This document shows positions 11,136-25,000 of a stretch of DNA of 64,000 nucleotides, in pieces (position 1 is the first letter of the stretch; each line of letters opens with the position of its first letter). Where the stretch lies: assembly GCA_964016885.1 (NCBI GenBank), contig OZ024741.1:320664001-320728000 (forward strand). The letters are read 5' to 3'. Made by a program: the position numbers and the translations under genes. This stretch comes from Eledone cirrhosa (lineage: Eukaryota). The notes beneath the pieces were generated by a model, which saw only the letters and a program-made list of their open reading frames with translations, ran no database searches and was not told the DNA's origin.

Positions 11136-12149
11136 GATGTCTTTTTCCCCTCTTTCTTCATTTATATAATCCCCTAATCCCCACCACCACACACACACAT
11201 ACCACATAGATATATCAAACACTGTAAGGTTGTTTCTATGAGAAAGGGGACTAGAAACTCTATGCAAGAAGCACACAGAGAAGATGTAAAAAAAAAACAT
11301 TTTGCAGCCTCCATGCTTTTAAATTTTCTTATTTAAACGTAATCTAATATTAAGTGACGGATTGAGCGTAAACACAAGTACAGATAAATGCATGATTTCT
11401 GTCACAGTAAAACTTTAATATTTTGCATGTGGGATTTTTCGGTGGCGTCGATAACATTTTTTAACGTATGTATAAAAGGATATCATTTATATGATAGCAT
11501 TCTAAGAGTGAAAAAACGATACAGTTATAAAATGTTATCATGCTGCACAATTGACCATCAAATCAATGTGAATCTACCGAAATTATTTTCCCTTTCCTCA
11601 TTTCGGCAAGCATATCGCAACACTCAAAGGGATCTTATGTGATACGAAAGTTTAACCAGAAGATTTAATCTTGTTCGTTTTATTCTTAACCTAAGTTATG
11701 TCTTTAATCATTTTGCTATTACAAAAAGTTTCATTCAGTGCTAGCTGATGTTGCAAAAATTTCCAGCAGTGAAAGTTTACAAATCTTTCATACGGGGTAC
11801 ACACCATTGGCTGATATTTTTCATTCAAATTGGGTACAAAAGGGTGTGGAATCTCACATTGGTGCATACAATGCATGAGTTTGAGCTATCAAACAATTAA
11901 TGTCGATGTTATTGAAGTATCTTTCTTTAATAAATTTGATTTTTGATGAAGTGTTCCTTTTGTTGATTGTCTATAACATCTATGTCTTCAAATTTGAAGT
12001 CGCCTGATAAAAGCGTTTTTTTTTTTACTGAAATTGTTTTCTCATTTGAGTTTAATAACACTTGGTACGGAGTTAATAACACTTGTCTCGTAGCCGACAT
12101 GTTAATGTATAAGCAGCAGGATACGGTAGACAAGAAAACAGACATTTTA

Positions 12150-12182
<33 letters not shown>

Positions 12183-12209
12183 CGATTGTGTATGTGTGTA
12201 TGTGTGTGT

Positions 12210-12294
<85 letters not shown>

Positions 12295-12533
12295 CGTGCG
12301 TGCGTGCGCGTGTGTGTCTGCGTGTGTGCAAAAAGGAAACAGAAACAGCAAAGCAAACAGCACAGTACAATGACAAAATATATTAGCTCAACGCTTGATA
12401 TGGTTGGAGAAGAGCTTTTACGTTTCGGGCACTATTTCTTCATGAGAAGATAGAATGAGAAACAGAGGATAAAGAGTGAAAAGAGAAAGGCACGGAAAAA
12501 AATGTGAGAAAAAGCACGTCTATATTCAGACAC

Positions 12534-12603
<70 letters not shown>

Positions 12604-12787
12604 AATGAGTTAAAGATATGTAATCAACTGACTTATGTTTATAACAGATACGAAGCACTATATACCTGCTTGGCACTGATCTGTAAAGATAATTCTTGCT
12701 GGTATATCATGAAATGATTTATACATCTCATATGTATTTCGTTAAACGTAAATTTTTGCATCCTCGAAATGTATATAATGAAATAAA

Positions 12788-12976
12788 TAATTGTTTCTAC
12801 ATTTTGCACAAGGCCAGTAATTCACCAGTACATTACTGGTACTTTATTTTATCGACCCCGTAAGGATGAAAGGCAAAGTTAACCTTGGCGGGATTTGAAC
12901 TCAGAAAGGCAAGGGCCGTAACTCTATACGTCAAAAAATGGCGTCCGACCCTCTGCCGACACTGCCAATCCACCGC
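12788..12976 (-). mobile_element. SINE S1, full length
   Basis: Reverse complement matches 63637-63825. Confidence 0.88.
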
Positions 12977-13015
12977 AAATAATGATGATATAAAGTGATA
13001 TCTTTCGTTTATTAC

Positions 13016-13067
<52 letters not shown>

Positions 13068-13313
13068 TATTAACAAATGGAAACTATATTTATAAAACCA
13101 AATTTATTTCATTATACATATTTCAAGGGCCATATATGTATATAAACAAATAGTAGAAAGCAAAAAGATTCTTTCAGTATAAAATGTTGAAGACATTTTT
13201 TTCAGTGAGATATTAAAACATTAATTTATTTACAAGACCGGTTTCAGCATTAAATGCATTGTCAATTGAAGACATGCAGAATATTGTTAAGTTGCATATG
13301 TGTACAATGAGTG

Positions 13314-13367
<54 letters not shown>
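13314..13367. repeat. (TAA)n tract at the 3' end of Tx1 copy 2
   Basis: Direct reading. Confidence 0.95.
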
Positions 13368-13370
<3 letters not shown>

Positions 13371-13605
13371 TCTTTATTAACCACAAGGTTTACATAAAGT
13401 AGACATTAAGGACAGTACACGACAATACAGGACGGTACAAATGGGCATTTCTGCGTGTAAAAAACAAAAACAGAGGATGTAATAAAAAAATAACAATGAA
13501 AAATTCCCCAATAGGGGAGAGACTTCGGAGGGACATTTGTAGAGAAAGTCCATTAAAAGGCCACAGTGACCCTGACCACCAGGGCAAGTGTTTTCCACCT
13601 TTAAT

Positions 13606-16600
13606 TTACAGACACATACTCAGAGTAGGCCCATTCACTCGGGCCATTCTTGCTTCTCTCACCCATCTTTCAACAAAATGCTGGGAAGAAAGCACTTCCC
13701 TCTCTACCCTGATTTTCCTTTTCAAATGAAATTTGAAAAAGTTAATCAGGGCATCGCCGAAGAGGTAAGTGCTCGTCTTCAGCCCTTTCAAACGTGTCCA
13801 CCATACTATATCTTTCGCCATGGCCACCAGACAGATAAAAACTGCCTGCCCTTCCCGGCTAAAGGAAGAGGGCGGGGCAATCCTCACGGTGAACTCAGCT
13901 GATAGCTGGATCCGTCCTACACGTGACAGCAGGTGTTCGACATAAACCCACAAGTCAGCAATTCTCGGACACTGGACGAGTGCGTGCAGGACGGTTTCGT
14001 CGCCCTGCGCGCGTCTCAGACATGCCCGGCTGACGGGAGTTTATCCCGAACTGGCAAGGTTCCTCGGTAGCACTGCCAGGCCAGGGATTTCTGGAAGTTG
14101 TCCATGGGCCCCGGCCCGAAAGTTCTTCTAAGAGATTGGCTAGTTGATTTTCGTCGACGCCTAGAGTTTTTCAAAGTACGTCGTCGCTCTTCCCCTCCAC
14201 TAATCCTCTATAGAACGCCGAGGTGGAGTTTCCACGGATCACATTGCCCGATAGATCGAGGGCTGAGAGCGCCTGAAGACATTCCAGTCTCCAAGCGCTC
14301 CCTCTCGGTCTTCGCTTGACCCAGGACTGCAGCTCTGTCAAGGAGACGAGCTGGAGAAAGACGCGTCTAGCAAATGGCGACCACACCTGATCACCGTCGA
14401 GGAAGAGGTGGAGATGTCGTAGCCTGAGCACGTGTCTGCGCATCATCAGCCACGGCATGCCCAGCCCTCCACGTAGCGGGTGTTGACAACAGATGGACCG
14501 CCTGACCATCGGAGCGCGTCCCTTCCACAAAAAGCGAAAGAGCAAACGCTCCAAAGCAGTCAGGCGGGGCTTAGGACAAGGTACGACGGTCAGGCGGTAG
14601 CAGATGACGGACGCGATGTACGCGTCAGCCACCTCCGCTCGACCTTTCAGGGATAGCTTCCTCTCCGCCCATTTCTGGGTGAGAGAAGCCACCCTGCTCG
14701 TCACCTCGTCCCAGTTTTTGTCCGTCTGGACGTCTGGACCGAACCAGACCCCTAGCAATTTAACCGGTCCGTCCGTCCAGCGTCCGACGACGCTGTTGGA
14801 CGGCATGGACCTGCCTCTCCAGGTGCCGAGCTGCAGGCCCACTGACTTTTCCTGGTTGATCATTGCTCCTGTAAACGCTTCGTATTCTTTTAGTGTAATG
14901 CCAATCGCCTCGATGTCTTTGGCGTTCGACACCACTACGGTGACATCGTCCGCATATGCTGACACGGATCTTCCGCATCCTAGTTCGCGCGGGACGCCCC
15001 TCAACGCCTCCAGTTTTTTTCAGTAATGGCTCGAGAGTCATTACGTACAAGAGGGACGAGAAGGGACATCCTTGGCGGACCGAGCGCATGATGTTGACCG
15101 GTTCTGAAAGGTGACCGTTCACTCTCACCACAGAGCAGATGTCGCTGTGCATGGCTGCGATCCAGCCTCTGAAGACAGACCCAAAGCCAGCCGCCTTCAG
15201 TACTGCCGCTAGGTTACGATGGTCGACCCTATAGAAATCTTTCGACTGATCTAAATTGATCAAGGACCCACCCGTGCCAGGTTCCCTAGCTACCCTCTCT
15301 ATGATGTATCGCATGAGGTGGAGTTTGTCATGGATGGATCTGTCGGGAATGGAGTATGTATGCGCCTCTCCCACCAGACCACCAACGACAAGCGCCAACC
15401 TATTTGCTAGCACCTTGGCCAAATTCTTGAACTCTGTGTTTAGCATAATTATGGGCCTAAAATTATCTCTGTTATCCCCCTTGTTCGGATCCTTCCTCAG
15501 CAGTGCCACCGCTCCTCGGCTCACAGAGCTGGGAATTCTCCCGTTCTGTTGCCAGTTGCAGTAGACGTCCGCCAAGAGGCCTCCGAACAAGTCTGGCATC
15601 TGTACGTAAAGTTCATAGGGCAGACCATCCAAACCAGGCGATTTACCCCTTGTGCAGCCAGTCATTGCCTCCCGTACTTCAGCGGCTGTTATCGGCTTAT
15701 TCGCAACACTCCGCCTCTGTGGCCGAGCGCCGCGGCAGTCCGTCGCGGTAGACACTAAACTCCATCCCTCGACCCGGCCCACCGCTGCCTCCGACCAGCT
15801 GAGCGAAGTGTCGCTGAAAAGCTTCACACATTTGCCCGGAATCGAGTAGCATGCGCCCGTCGTGGTTCACCAAAGACCGGATCGTGGCTTGTTGCCAAGA
15901 CGCGCCTCTGCTACTCGGGCCCATTGAACGGCTTTTGTCCCCTCGTGTCTGAGAGCACGCACCCTAGCTCTGACAACGCAGCCTTCGTGCTTTGCATTGA
16001 AGAATTGATCAAGGGCCAACTTCGCCGCAAGTACGTCGGTCGCGATGCCTTTGCTAAGCGCCTCGTCTAATTTTCTAACTCTAGTTCTCCCTCTGCTCTA
16101 TTTTTCTCTATTGCTAAAGCCTTACTAAACCTAAAGGACTCTATTATAATCGCTCTTTTCAGAGCAAACCACCACTTGTTGTTGACGATGGACCCCGTCA
16201 GCGCCCGCTTAACTAGTTCGCTAATCCGGTCTCTGTAGGCCTTGTGCGCTGGTAAGGACGCATTTAGCTTCCAGTAGCCGGGTCCTCGTCTATGAAGCCT
16301 ATCTAAGTCAAGCACACAGATCACGAATTTGTGGTCCGTGTAGCTGACTATCTTGAATTGTGGACAGCCTATGCTAGACCTATCTATTTCCCTACAAAAT
16401 ACTCTATCTAGATATGACCTGGATGACCCTATGCGATTTGTCCAAGTCCACATTGGCACATTCGGGAAATCCAGTCGGTACCTGTCAGACAGTTCAAAAC
16501 GCCTGAGCAGGTTGGTGAGACGCCGGAAGAAATCAGGCCGCCCTGCTCCTGTCGGGGCATAGACGGCCACTAGCCTGAAAGCTTGCTCTTCTCCGCTGGT

Positions 16601-16894
16601 CACGTCCAGCACCACCAACTTACCTTCTGGGTCCAGGAAGATGGCCCGTATGGCGAGATCCAAACCTATCCGAAACATCACAGCAACTCCTCCCCCCGAT
16701 CCAGGACGGCTGGGAGATGCGTACACATCGTAGCCGCCGAATAATGGTGCGAAGGCCCGTGCTTCGGAGATTCTGGTCTCGCTGATGGCCACTACATGTG
16801 TGTTTAGTGACCTGAGGTCGTTGAGCAGGTGGCCCTGCTTCCATGACGACCCCAAGCCACGCGCATTTATGCTGCCTATTCTGAGTGAGGTCAT
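13606..16894 (-). pseudogene. Tx1 ORF2, disrupted
   Basis: Several frameshifts; an in-frame deletion (FFRRL|TNLL) removes the APE GDWN motif. Confidence 0.92.
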
Positions 16895-17487
16895 GTTGAA
16901 ATGGAGTGGAAAAGATGGGAAAGACCACTTACCTTACTTTTCGTCTTGATTCACTTGATCGTCTTGTGAAGGGATCGTTGAATCGTCCCTTCGGCTGGTC
17001 GTCGGCTCTTCTATGAGTATGTCCGAATTTACTCTCCGGATTTACCCTCCTAGGTCTCTGAAATCACCAACTGCGTTGGGGAATTTCCTTTTAATGTTTG
17101 TGTATTGTTTCTGTGCTATTCTTACCAGTCTTATGTTCGTTGGTGTTTTGATTGGTGCTGGTATTATGTAGTCGTGCTGTGAAATGTCTGTGTGTTCAAT
17201 TATGTAAGTCATTAGTTTCTTGTTGTGTGTATTTATTGCCGTGCATTTGTTTTTCTGGGGGTGGGGTGTGGTTCTGCTATTTTCTTGTCGTTGTTGTTGG
17301 GTGTGTGTGTTTTGTTGTTGTGTTTGCGAGGTTGGCGCTTGTGGTGGTGGTGTTGAAGGTGTTGTTGTTGTTGGCGGTGGGGTTGTCGCCGGTGGTGATG
17401 GTGGTGCTAGTGTGGTGTTGCTGCTGTAAGTCTCTTTGCAGTAGCCTTTACCCTTTTTTCATTTCTTTCCTCCCTTTTCGAAGGCGA

Positions 17488-18830
17488 CTATGCGCTTCTT
17501 CTGCGTTTGTGCCTTCTTGCAACCTTTTGCCATCCCTCTCCCACCTTCCACTCCATGTCTGATTCTGTGAGATCGGGGAGGGGTTCCAGCTCCACTCTTT
17601 CACTTATTGTTGGTAGTGATGTTTGCAGTGGAGTCTCTGTTGCAGCTGTAGTTGGTATTACTGTTGTTGTTGTTAATACTTCCACTGCTGCTGCTGTTCT
17701 TGATTTCCGTGGCGTGGGTATGGGTGCCACGGACCTATCGTTCCTGGTTGCCGCTTGTCCTGTTACTGGTAACAGTGGAGCTGGTTTCGGAAGGACGGGG
17801 GTTTTCTCCTTTCTCAGCGTCTTCTCATTGCAGAAGGCCCTGAGGTGAGTCTTCGATCCACAGCGAAAGCATTTCGGGCGTTTGCCCTCAACACTTATGG
17901 GCAGTTGAGTGCCGTTATCGAAGTCTATCACATCCGGGATAGCTTCGATGCACTCCTGGTTCGTTTGGATTAACATCTCAATGGAGGTGCCGACCCAATC
18001 TTCTCTTATTTTTTTCTGTACTTGCAGTACAGTTGTTTTGTCCTCGATTCCGACGAGGATGGACGCGGCCAGCCAAGAAGGGGCCATCCCAGGGGGGACG
18101 TGGGTCAGTTTGATCCTCACAATTTTTTTCCCGCAGTAGGAGGGCACCAACACCATTTCCTCGCTCCTTAGGTTCACTAAGGATTGAGCCTTTGCCTCCT
18201 GAGGTGTGGCAAAAAGCATGTCTACGGTGGCATATTTCTTGCCTCGGGTGATATGCGTTTTCCGCTGCCACACAGACCCTAAGGCTTTTTGTATTTGAGC
18301 CTCTGTGGCTCTTTCAACCCTACGGGATTTTGTGCTTATGTACGGTACGTGGCCGTACAGTGCTGTTGGGTTTCGAAAAAGGTTTCGGCTGCCTTGCAGA
18401 TTGCTCGGTGTCCAGTTTTCGTCACCATCTTCTTTGCTTCCTGTAATTCCTGTAATTCCTGTAATTTGTTATGAGGATGGTTTCCAGGTTCTTTGCGATA
18501 CCTGCAAACGAAATTGGTTTTTCTTTGTTGTTGTTGTTGTTGTCGTCGTCAGAGCTGCTGTTACATTTGTTGTTGCTGCTGGTACTACGACTGCCGCCAC
18601 CGCTGTTGCTGTGGTTGTTGTTGTTGTTGCTGCTGCGGTTGTTCCTGTTGCTGCTAATGCTGTTGTTGTTTATGTTGCTGCTGATGCTGTTGCGGCTGCT
18701 ACTGTTATTTTCCTTGTCACTGTTGCTGCTGCTGCTGCTGTTATTGCGGCTGCTACTGCTATTATTCATGACGTCAGATGAATGAAATGGGTTTCCGTAT
18801 TTACCGCACACATTTTTCGTCGTTGTCGTC
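17488..18830 (-). pseudogene. Tx1 ORF1 (gag-like, CCHC zinc knuckle, Asn/Ser-rich N-terminus), disrupted
   Basis: CFRCGSKTHLRAFC knuckle in ORF 17488-18273; position upstream of ORF2; boundaries approximate. Confidence 0.8.
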
Positions 18831-19247
18831 GTGGAGAAATGTTCCACGTTTTGCACGCGGAAATTATCAGAAACTAAATTTTTCTTTTTCTTTACTGGCG
18901 TCGCTTGCGAAAGAGAAGGGAGGGAGAGAGACACATTTAGAGAAGGGAGGAAGAGAGACAACCTTATCTCTGGTGTAGTGAGGATTGAGGAAGAAGAAGA
19001 CGGAATGAGTGGGAGTGACTTGTGCAAATTCTTTTTTGTAGCCATGTTTTTTTGGTTTAAAATAAATATTGGGCACAAAACCCCAATAAGCGGTTATTTA
19101 ACCCCGAATGGCCAAATAACGGGCAGAAAGACCCCTCTCACGAGGAGGAGGGTGTTTTGTCTACAAAGTTTTAAACAATTTACAATTGTTATAGCGGTTA
19201 AAATGTACTATACCTTACAGAGCCGAGCCTCCGTCAACCATGGCATT

Positions 19248-19248
19248 C

Positions 19249-19280
<32 letters not shown>
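19248..19280. repeat. (AAT)n tract
   Basis: Direct reading. Confidence 0.95.
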
Positions 19281-19281
<1 letters not shown>

Positions 19282-20060
19282 GGGAATAAAACGCACATGG
19301 TGGATATATATCGTTATGGAATCGTTCCCGTAAGTTTTTGATTTTTACTTATTTAAAACAACTGTGATAGAATAATTCTTATTACAAATGAAATATAAGA
19401 GTACACTTTTTTACCCCCAGGCGACAACGCATCACATTACGGCATAGGGCCCCAATATTTAATATTTAGTTTTGGATCAGAAATGTTATAGTCGAAAAAG
19501 AGAAAAATGGCTAAGTGGACAGACAGGCAAATAATTTCACCACCAACACCACCACCGCCACCATCACCACTATCACGCCAAAAACTCTAATCAAGTTACC
19601 TCAACTTCTATTTCTACTTCAACTTCAACACCATCACTACAGTACTACGATCACATCACTACCACCACTGCCTCATTATCGCTACCGCCGTTATTCTCTC
19701 CCACTACCTCCTGCTAAGTACTACTAGCACATCACCACCACCACCACTGCCTCATTATCGCTACCGCCGCTATTCTCTCCCGCTACCTCCTGCTAAGACG
19801 GGCATCGTAGTATTCCCACTAAATGAGGAAGACATCAAAAGATATAAATAGACTGATTTGATGACCCGGTCAAAAAATCAAAAACCAAAAATCAAAATCA
19901 AAACAGCACAGCAGCAACGAAAAACGTAAAGAAAAGAAAAACGTAAAGAAAAACAAACAGGCAGGCAAGAAAAAAAAACTAAGACAGACTTTCAAAAATT
20001 ACATTACAATGAAACTTATGCTTATTTTTTTTTTTGGGGGGGGGGGGGAGGGGGGTACCT
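19281..20060. repeat. Non-coding leader unit L, copy 1 (probable extended 5' region of D1)
   Basis: Starts AGGGAATAAAACGCAC after (AAT)n; homologous to 23781 and 28721 units; ends TACATTACAATGAAACTTATGCTTATT as in copy 2. Confidence 0.7.
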
Positions 20061-23000
20061 ATTTGTTTGTTTGTTTATTTATGTTCGACTATAGCGTGAT
20101 AGTGCCACATTAAAATAACCGGGGGTGATCAAATTACTGGGGGTGATGAAATCACCGGTGGTTATGTAACCATACATTCACCAATCCTCGATAAGAGTGT
20201 TTAAATGTCGAACCTAAACAGTTCGAATAACGGTGAAGTGGAGACTGGAATGTCATGTGACAGACTCTCACCCAGCAGGTGCTCCTTGGCTCAACATCAG
20301 GGACCTGGCTGTCAACCAAATACTGCTGGTATCGGAGGAAGAAGAAGAAGGAGGAAAGGGACCAGAACCAACTGGACGAAAGAAATGAATAGAACTGTTA
20401 TGCAATGTTACCTGAAGAGTAACCCCAAGGAAAAAGGCTATAGGAAACGGATGCGTAACATCTGGAACGAGATTGGTCTATTTAAATTAGATGAACAAAA
20501 ATTGGCCTGGCAGGCTCGGGTAATAAGAACTAATGGGTGGATAAGCGAGCTGGAACTGGAGGAACTGAGCAGATAGATTAGGTTGGAAATGTAGAGTGGA
20601 GTATGCCAGGCAAACGAGCCAGTGGGAAATAAAGGTGAAGAGGTTGAGAGAACGGAGGAACCATCCGAAGCAGACAATGATCTGAATGCTGAAATAAATA
20701 ATACCTGGAACAAAGATACGGCCATTGAGGAGATGAATGCTGACGGGCTAGGACAAGATTTGGTTGATATCCTAAACTTAGTGGTAGATGAAATGAACAA
20801 TGATAGTGGGAAACCTATGAACCTAAGATTTGTAGACAGGAAAAAGTTAAAAGAAACAACAGCTAAGGTAAACAAAGTCACCCCATACCTTGAGGCGAGG
20901 AGCCTTCACCAGTGCAACAATATCCTCAAAGCAACAGCAAATGCGGTGAGGAAATTACTTGGCATAAAAGCGAGAGGAAACAACAAACAAGAAAGATCAG
21001 AACCCTGGTTGAAGAAACGACTGAATGGTCAAATCAGGGAAATGAGAAATGACATTGGAAAGCTTGAGTCCCTACTGAATGGGACACTAAAAAAATAGAC
21101 ACTAAAAATAGACTGAAAGTACAAAACTAGGAGGAAAAAGCTAAATATTATCATAGAGGAACTGAAGCAACGCATTGTATCAAAGAGTGCAAAAATTAGG
21201 CGATACGAGAGCAGAGTCAGTCAGTATAGACAGAACCGCATGTTTGACAACAACCAGAAGATGTTGTTTGGACAGCTTGAAGGGAAAGAAAGAGGCAACG
21301 ACTTGATCCCTGAGGCGGAACAAACTAAGAGATTCTGGAGGGGAATATGGGAGCAGGATGTTAAACATAATGACCAGGCAGTGTGGATTGAGACAGTACA
21401 AAAGGATATTAGTGAACAGGCACACCAACAAACTGATTTGAGTATCACAGTTGAAACTCTTAAAGGGCAGGCCAAAAAACTAACCAACTAGAAATCACCA
21501 TGTCCAGATGGTGTGCAGGGGTATTGGATTAAAAATATAACATCCCTCCACCCGAAACTGACAACCATGTTCAATGACTGCTTGATGTCAGGTGAGGTAC
21601 CAGAGCGGTTGACAAAAGGTACCACAGTTCTGGTAATGAAAGACCGAATCAAGGGTAATGATGTTACCAACTATATACCTATCACATGTCTGTCCGTAAT
21701 GTGGAAACTGTTGACAAGCATTGTGTCTGAGGAAATCTACCATCAACTCCACACAAACAACTTGTTACCGGACGAACAGAAAGGATGCCGAAAGAAGTCC
21801 CGTGGTACAAAGGACCAGTTACTTATTGATAAGATGGTAATGAGAAATTGCAAGAGGAGACACACTGATCTTGCCATGGGATGGATAGACTACAAAAAGG
21901 CATTTGATATGGTGCCTAATTCTTGGATCACCAAAAGCCTAGAAATCTTCAAGATGGCAGATAGTATCAGACAGTTGTTGAGCAAAAGTATGAAGTCCTG
22001 GAAAACAGAGTTAACATCAGCTGGAGAATCCTTGGAAGGCGTGAAGATCAAGAGGGGTATCTTCCAGGGAGATAGTCTGTCGCCTCTGTTGTTTGTCCTT
22101 GCCCTGATGCCCCTGACCATTATACTGCGAAAAGTGAGAGCAGGATACAAGCTGGGAAAGGGAGAGCTTACCATCAATCACCTCCTCTTCATGGACGAAC
22201 TTAAGCTCTTAGGGAAGAGTGAGAAGGAGTTGGATGTGCTTGTTGACACTGTCCTTATTTTCAGCAATGATATGTGTATGCAATTTGGTATTAGTAAGTG
22301 TGGAGTCCTTGTGATGAAGAGGGGTAAATTGAGCAGAAGCAACGGATCCAGGTACCAACAGGTGAGATGATAAAAGAAATTGACTCTGAAGAAGGATACA
22401 AGTATTTGGGTATTCTGGCGGCTGATGACATCAAGAACAAAAGAATGAAGGAATTGATAAGATCTGAATACATTCGGAGAGTAAGGAGCGTATTAAAGTC
22501 ACATCTGAACAGTAGGAATGCCATAAATGCAGTAAATTCCCGAGCTGTGTCTATTATTAGTTACAGTGCGGGAATTCTGAGATGGAATGTTGTTGAACAA
22601 AAAGAAATGGATAGGAAGACTAGGAAGCTATTGACTATCTACACCATGTTCCACAAGAGGAGTGATGTCGATAGACTCTACTTAAGGAGATCTGAAGGTG
22701 GAAGAGGTCTTATCAGCATAGAGGACTGTGTTCAGATGGAGAAAAACAACCTACACAAATACGTGACTGATAGTACGGAGCCAATGCTCAGAATAATACT
22801 GAATGAGAGGACAATAGACCAGGGGATGGCCAAGGAGGAAATAACAACCAGGAGAAAGTGCAGCCTTCATTGAAAATCTCTTCATAGTACCTTCTTTGAG
22901 AAAACTGAATTCAGAGATCCATAGACATGGAACTGGTTGAAAAGAGGAGACCTTAAAAAGGCTACAGAAGGAGTGCTAATGGCTGCACAAGAGCAGGCCC

Positions 23001-23704
23001 TCAAAACGAAGTGGTTGAAACACCATATTTACAGGGAGGAGGTTAGCCCACTGTGCAGGATCTGTGGAGAGAGAGAGAGGACACTGTGGCTCACATTGTA
23101 TCCGAGTGTAAACACCTAGCCCAGACTCACTATAAGGGCTGGAGACATGATGTGATGGGCAGGGTGATCCACTGGCACCTATGCAAAGTAAACAATTTAC
23201 CACATTCTGAGAAGTGGTATGAGTATAAGCCAGAGTCGGTGATAGAAAACGATCAGGTGAAGGTGCTATGGGATTTTAGGATACAGACGGACAAGAAACT
23301 GGAACACAATGGACCTGACCTGGTGGTTTTGGACAAGGAAAAAAGATCGTGCCTGATTGTGGATGTGGCCTGCCCATTCAACACGAGAGTACAAGAGAAG
23401 GAGAGGGAGAAAGTTAACCGATACCAGGACTTAAAGTGGGGGTAAAAAGGATTTGGAACTGCCATGAAGTCAAAGTGGTCCCGATTGTCATAGGCGCACT
23501 AGGTACTATCTCAAAAAGTTTCCAGGGATGGTTAAAGAAAAATGGCCCCGCCACGCTTTTTGGAACGCTTCAAAAGGCATGCTTGCTGGGACCAGCAAGA
23601 ACCCTCCGATACGTCCTGAATATCTGAGGCTGCAGGTAGTGGCTTGATATTCATTTCAACAAACTTTCCAGTTAACTAACATCAATGACTGAGACTCAAA
23701 GAAC

Positions 23705-23705
<1 letters not shown>
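20060..23705 (+). mobile_element. R4/Dong-like element D1, older diverged copy
   Basis: Colinear with 25000-28645; ends in (AAT)n 23705-23780. Confidence 0.9.
20205..23627 (+). pseudogene. D1 single ORF (RT-CCHC-RLE) with many stops and frameshifts
   Basis: Fragments 20205-20576, 20622-21098, 21240-21491, 21513-22370, 22367-22873, 22937-23627; RT FMDD changed to FMDE. Confidence 0.92.
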
Positions 23706-23780
<75 letters not shown>

Positions 23781-23781
<1 letters not shown>

Positions 23782-25000
23782 GGGAAGAAGACGCACGAGG
23801 TGACGGAGGTCATGAAATCGCTCCCGTAAGTTTTGAATTTTTAACATATTTAAATCATTTGTGAAATAACAACTCTTAGTACAAATGCTACGTAAAGCAC
23901 CCGGCTTGAGCCCCAAAATAATTCGGACCCAAAATATATTGTTATAAGGCTCAAATATTCAAATATTCAACTTTGTATTGTACACTGTATATCCCCCCAA
24001 AAAATGGCTATAAATGGAAGAAGAAGAACCCCCCCCCCCCCTCCTCTCCTCTGGCTACACTATATAGGACAGCTAAACTCACCAACACCAGAAACTAGAT
24101 ACACCACCCACCCCATCATCTGTGTACACTAAACACAACAGCATTTTCACCTTCACCGCCACCGCTCACTACGGCCATCATTACCACCACTATCCCATCA
24201 CCGCCGCCACCACCCCTTGACTCCTTCACTGCTGCTGCCACCGCTACAGCACCATCACTACAGTAATACGGCTCAAATATTCAAATATTCAACTTTGTAT
24301 TGTACACTGTATATCCAAAAAAAAAATAAAATGGCTATAAATGGAAGAAGAAGAACCCCCCCCCCCCCCCTCCTCTCCTCTGGCTACACTATATAGGACA
24401 GCGAAACTCACCAACACCAGAAACTAGATACACCACCCACCCCATCATCTGTGTACACTAAACACAACAGCATTTTCACCTTCACCGCCACCGCTCACTA
24501 CGGCCATCATTACCACCACTATCCCATCACCGCCGCCACCACCCCCTGACTCCTTCACTGCTGCTGCCACCGCTACAGCACCATCACTACAGTAATACGG
24601 TCGCATCACCGCCACCACTGCCTCGGTATCGACATCACCACCACCATTGTCTCAGTATCGCCAACGCCGCCAGTCTCTGCTGGCTACCACTTCCACATTA
24701 TAGAATTCCTACTACTAACAAAGAGGAAGGCATCAAAATATATAGATAGACTCAAAAGAAAAAAGAAAAAACAAACAACAAAAGCAGCACAGCAACAACA
24801 GTAAAAAACGAGAAAAACAGAGAAAAACAAAAACAAAAAAAGAAACCCCAAAAACGTAAAGAAAATAAGAATGAAGAGAGAAGCAGGCGGACGGACAGAG
24901 AAGAGGGGGGAAAAAGTAAAACTTAAAAAACAAAAACTAAGTCAGACATTCGAATACTACATTACAATGAAACTTATGCTTATTCATTTTTGGGGCCCTT
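23781..25000. repeat. Leader unit L, copy 2, with internal ~322-bp tandem duplication (23948-24269 / 24270-24598)
   Basis: Direct comparison. Confidence 0.75.

Larger units (their letters stand above)
13367..19248 (-). mobile_element. Tx1-clade LINE, family A, near full-length decayed copy 2 (5' UTR, ORF1, ORF2, 3' UTR)
   Basis: ORF2 and 3' UTR colinear with 60-3746; ORF1 upstream; (TAA)n on both sides. Confidence 0.9.

Noticed and set aside
11340-12140. Complex sequence that might be a host exon or transposase relic
   Set aside because: No recognisable motif, stops in the frames checked, no clear splice structure; needs BLASTX
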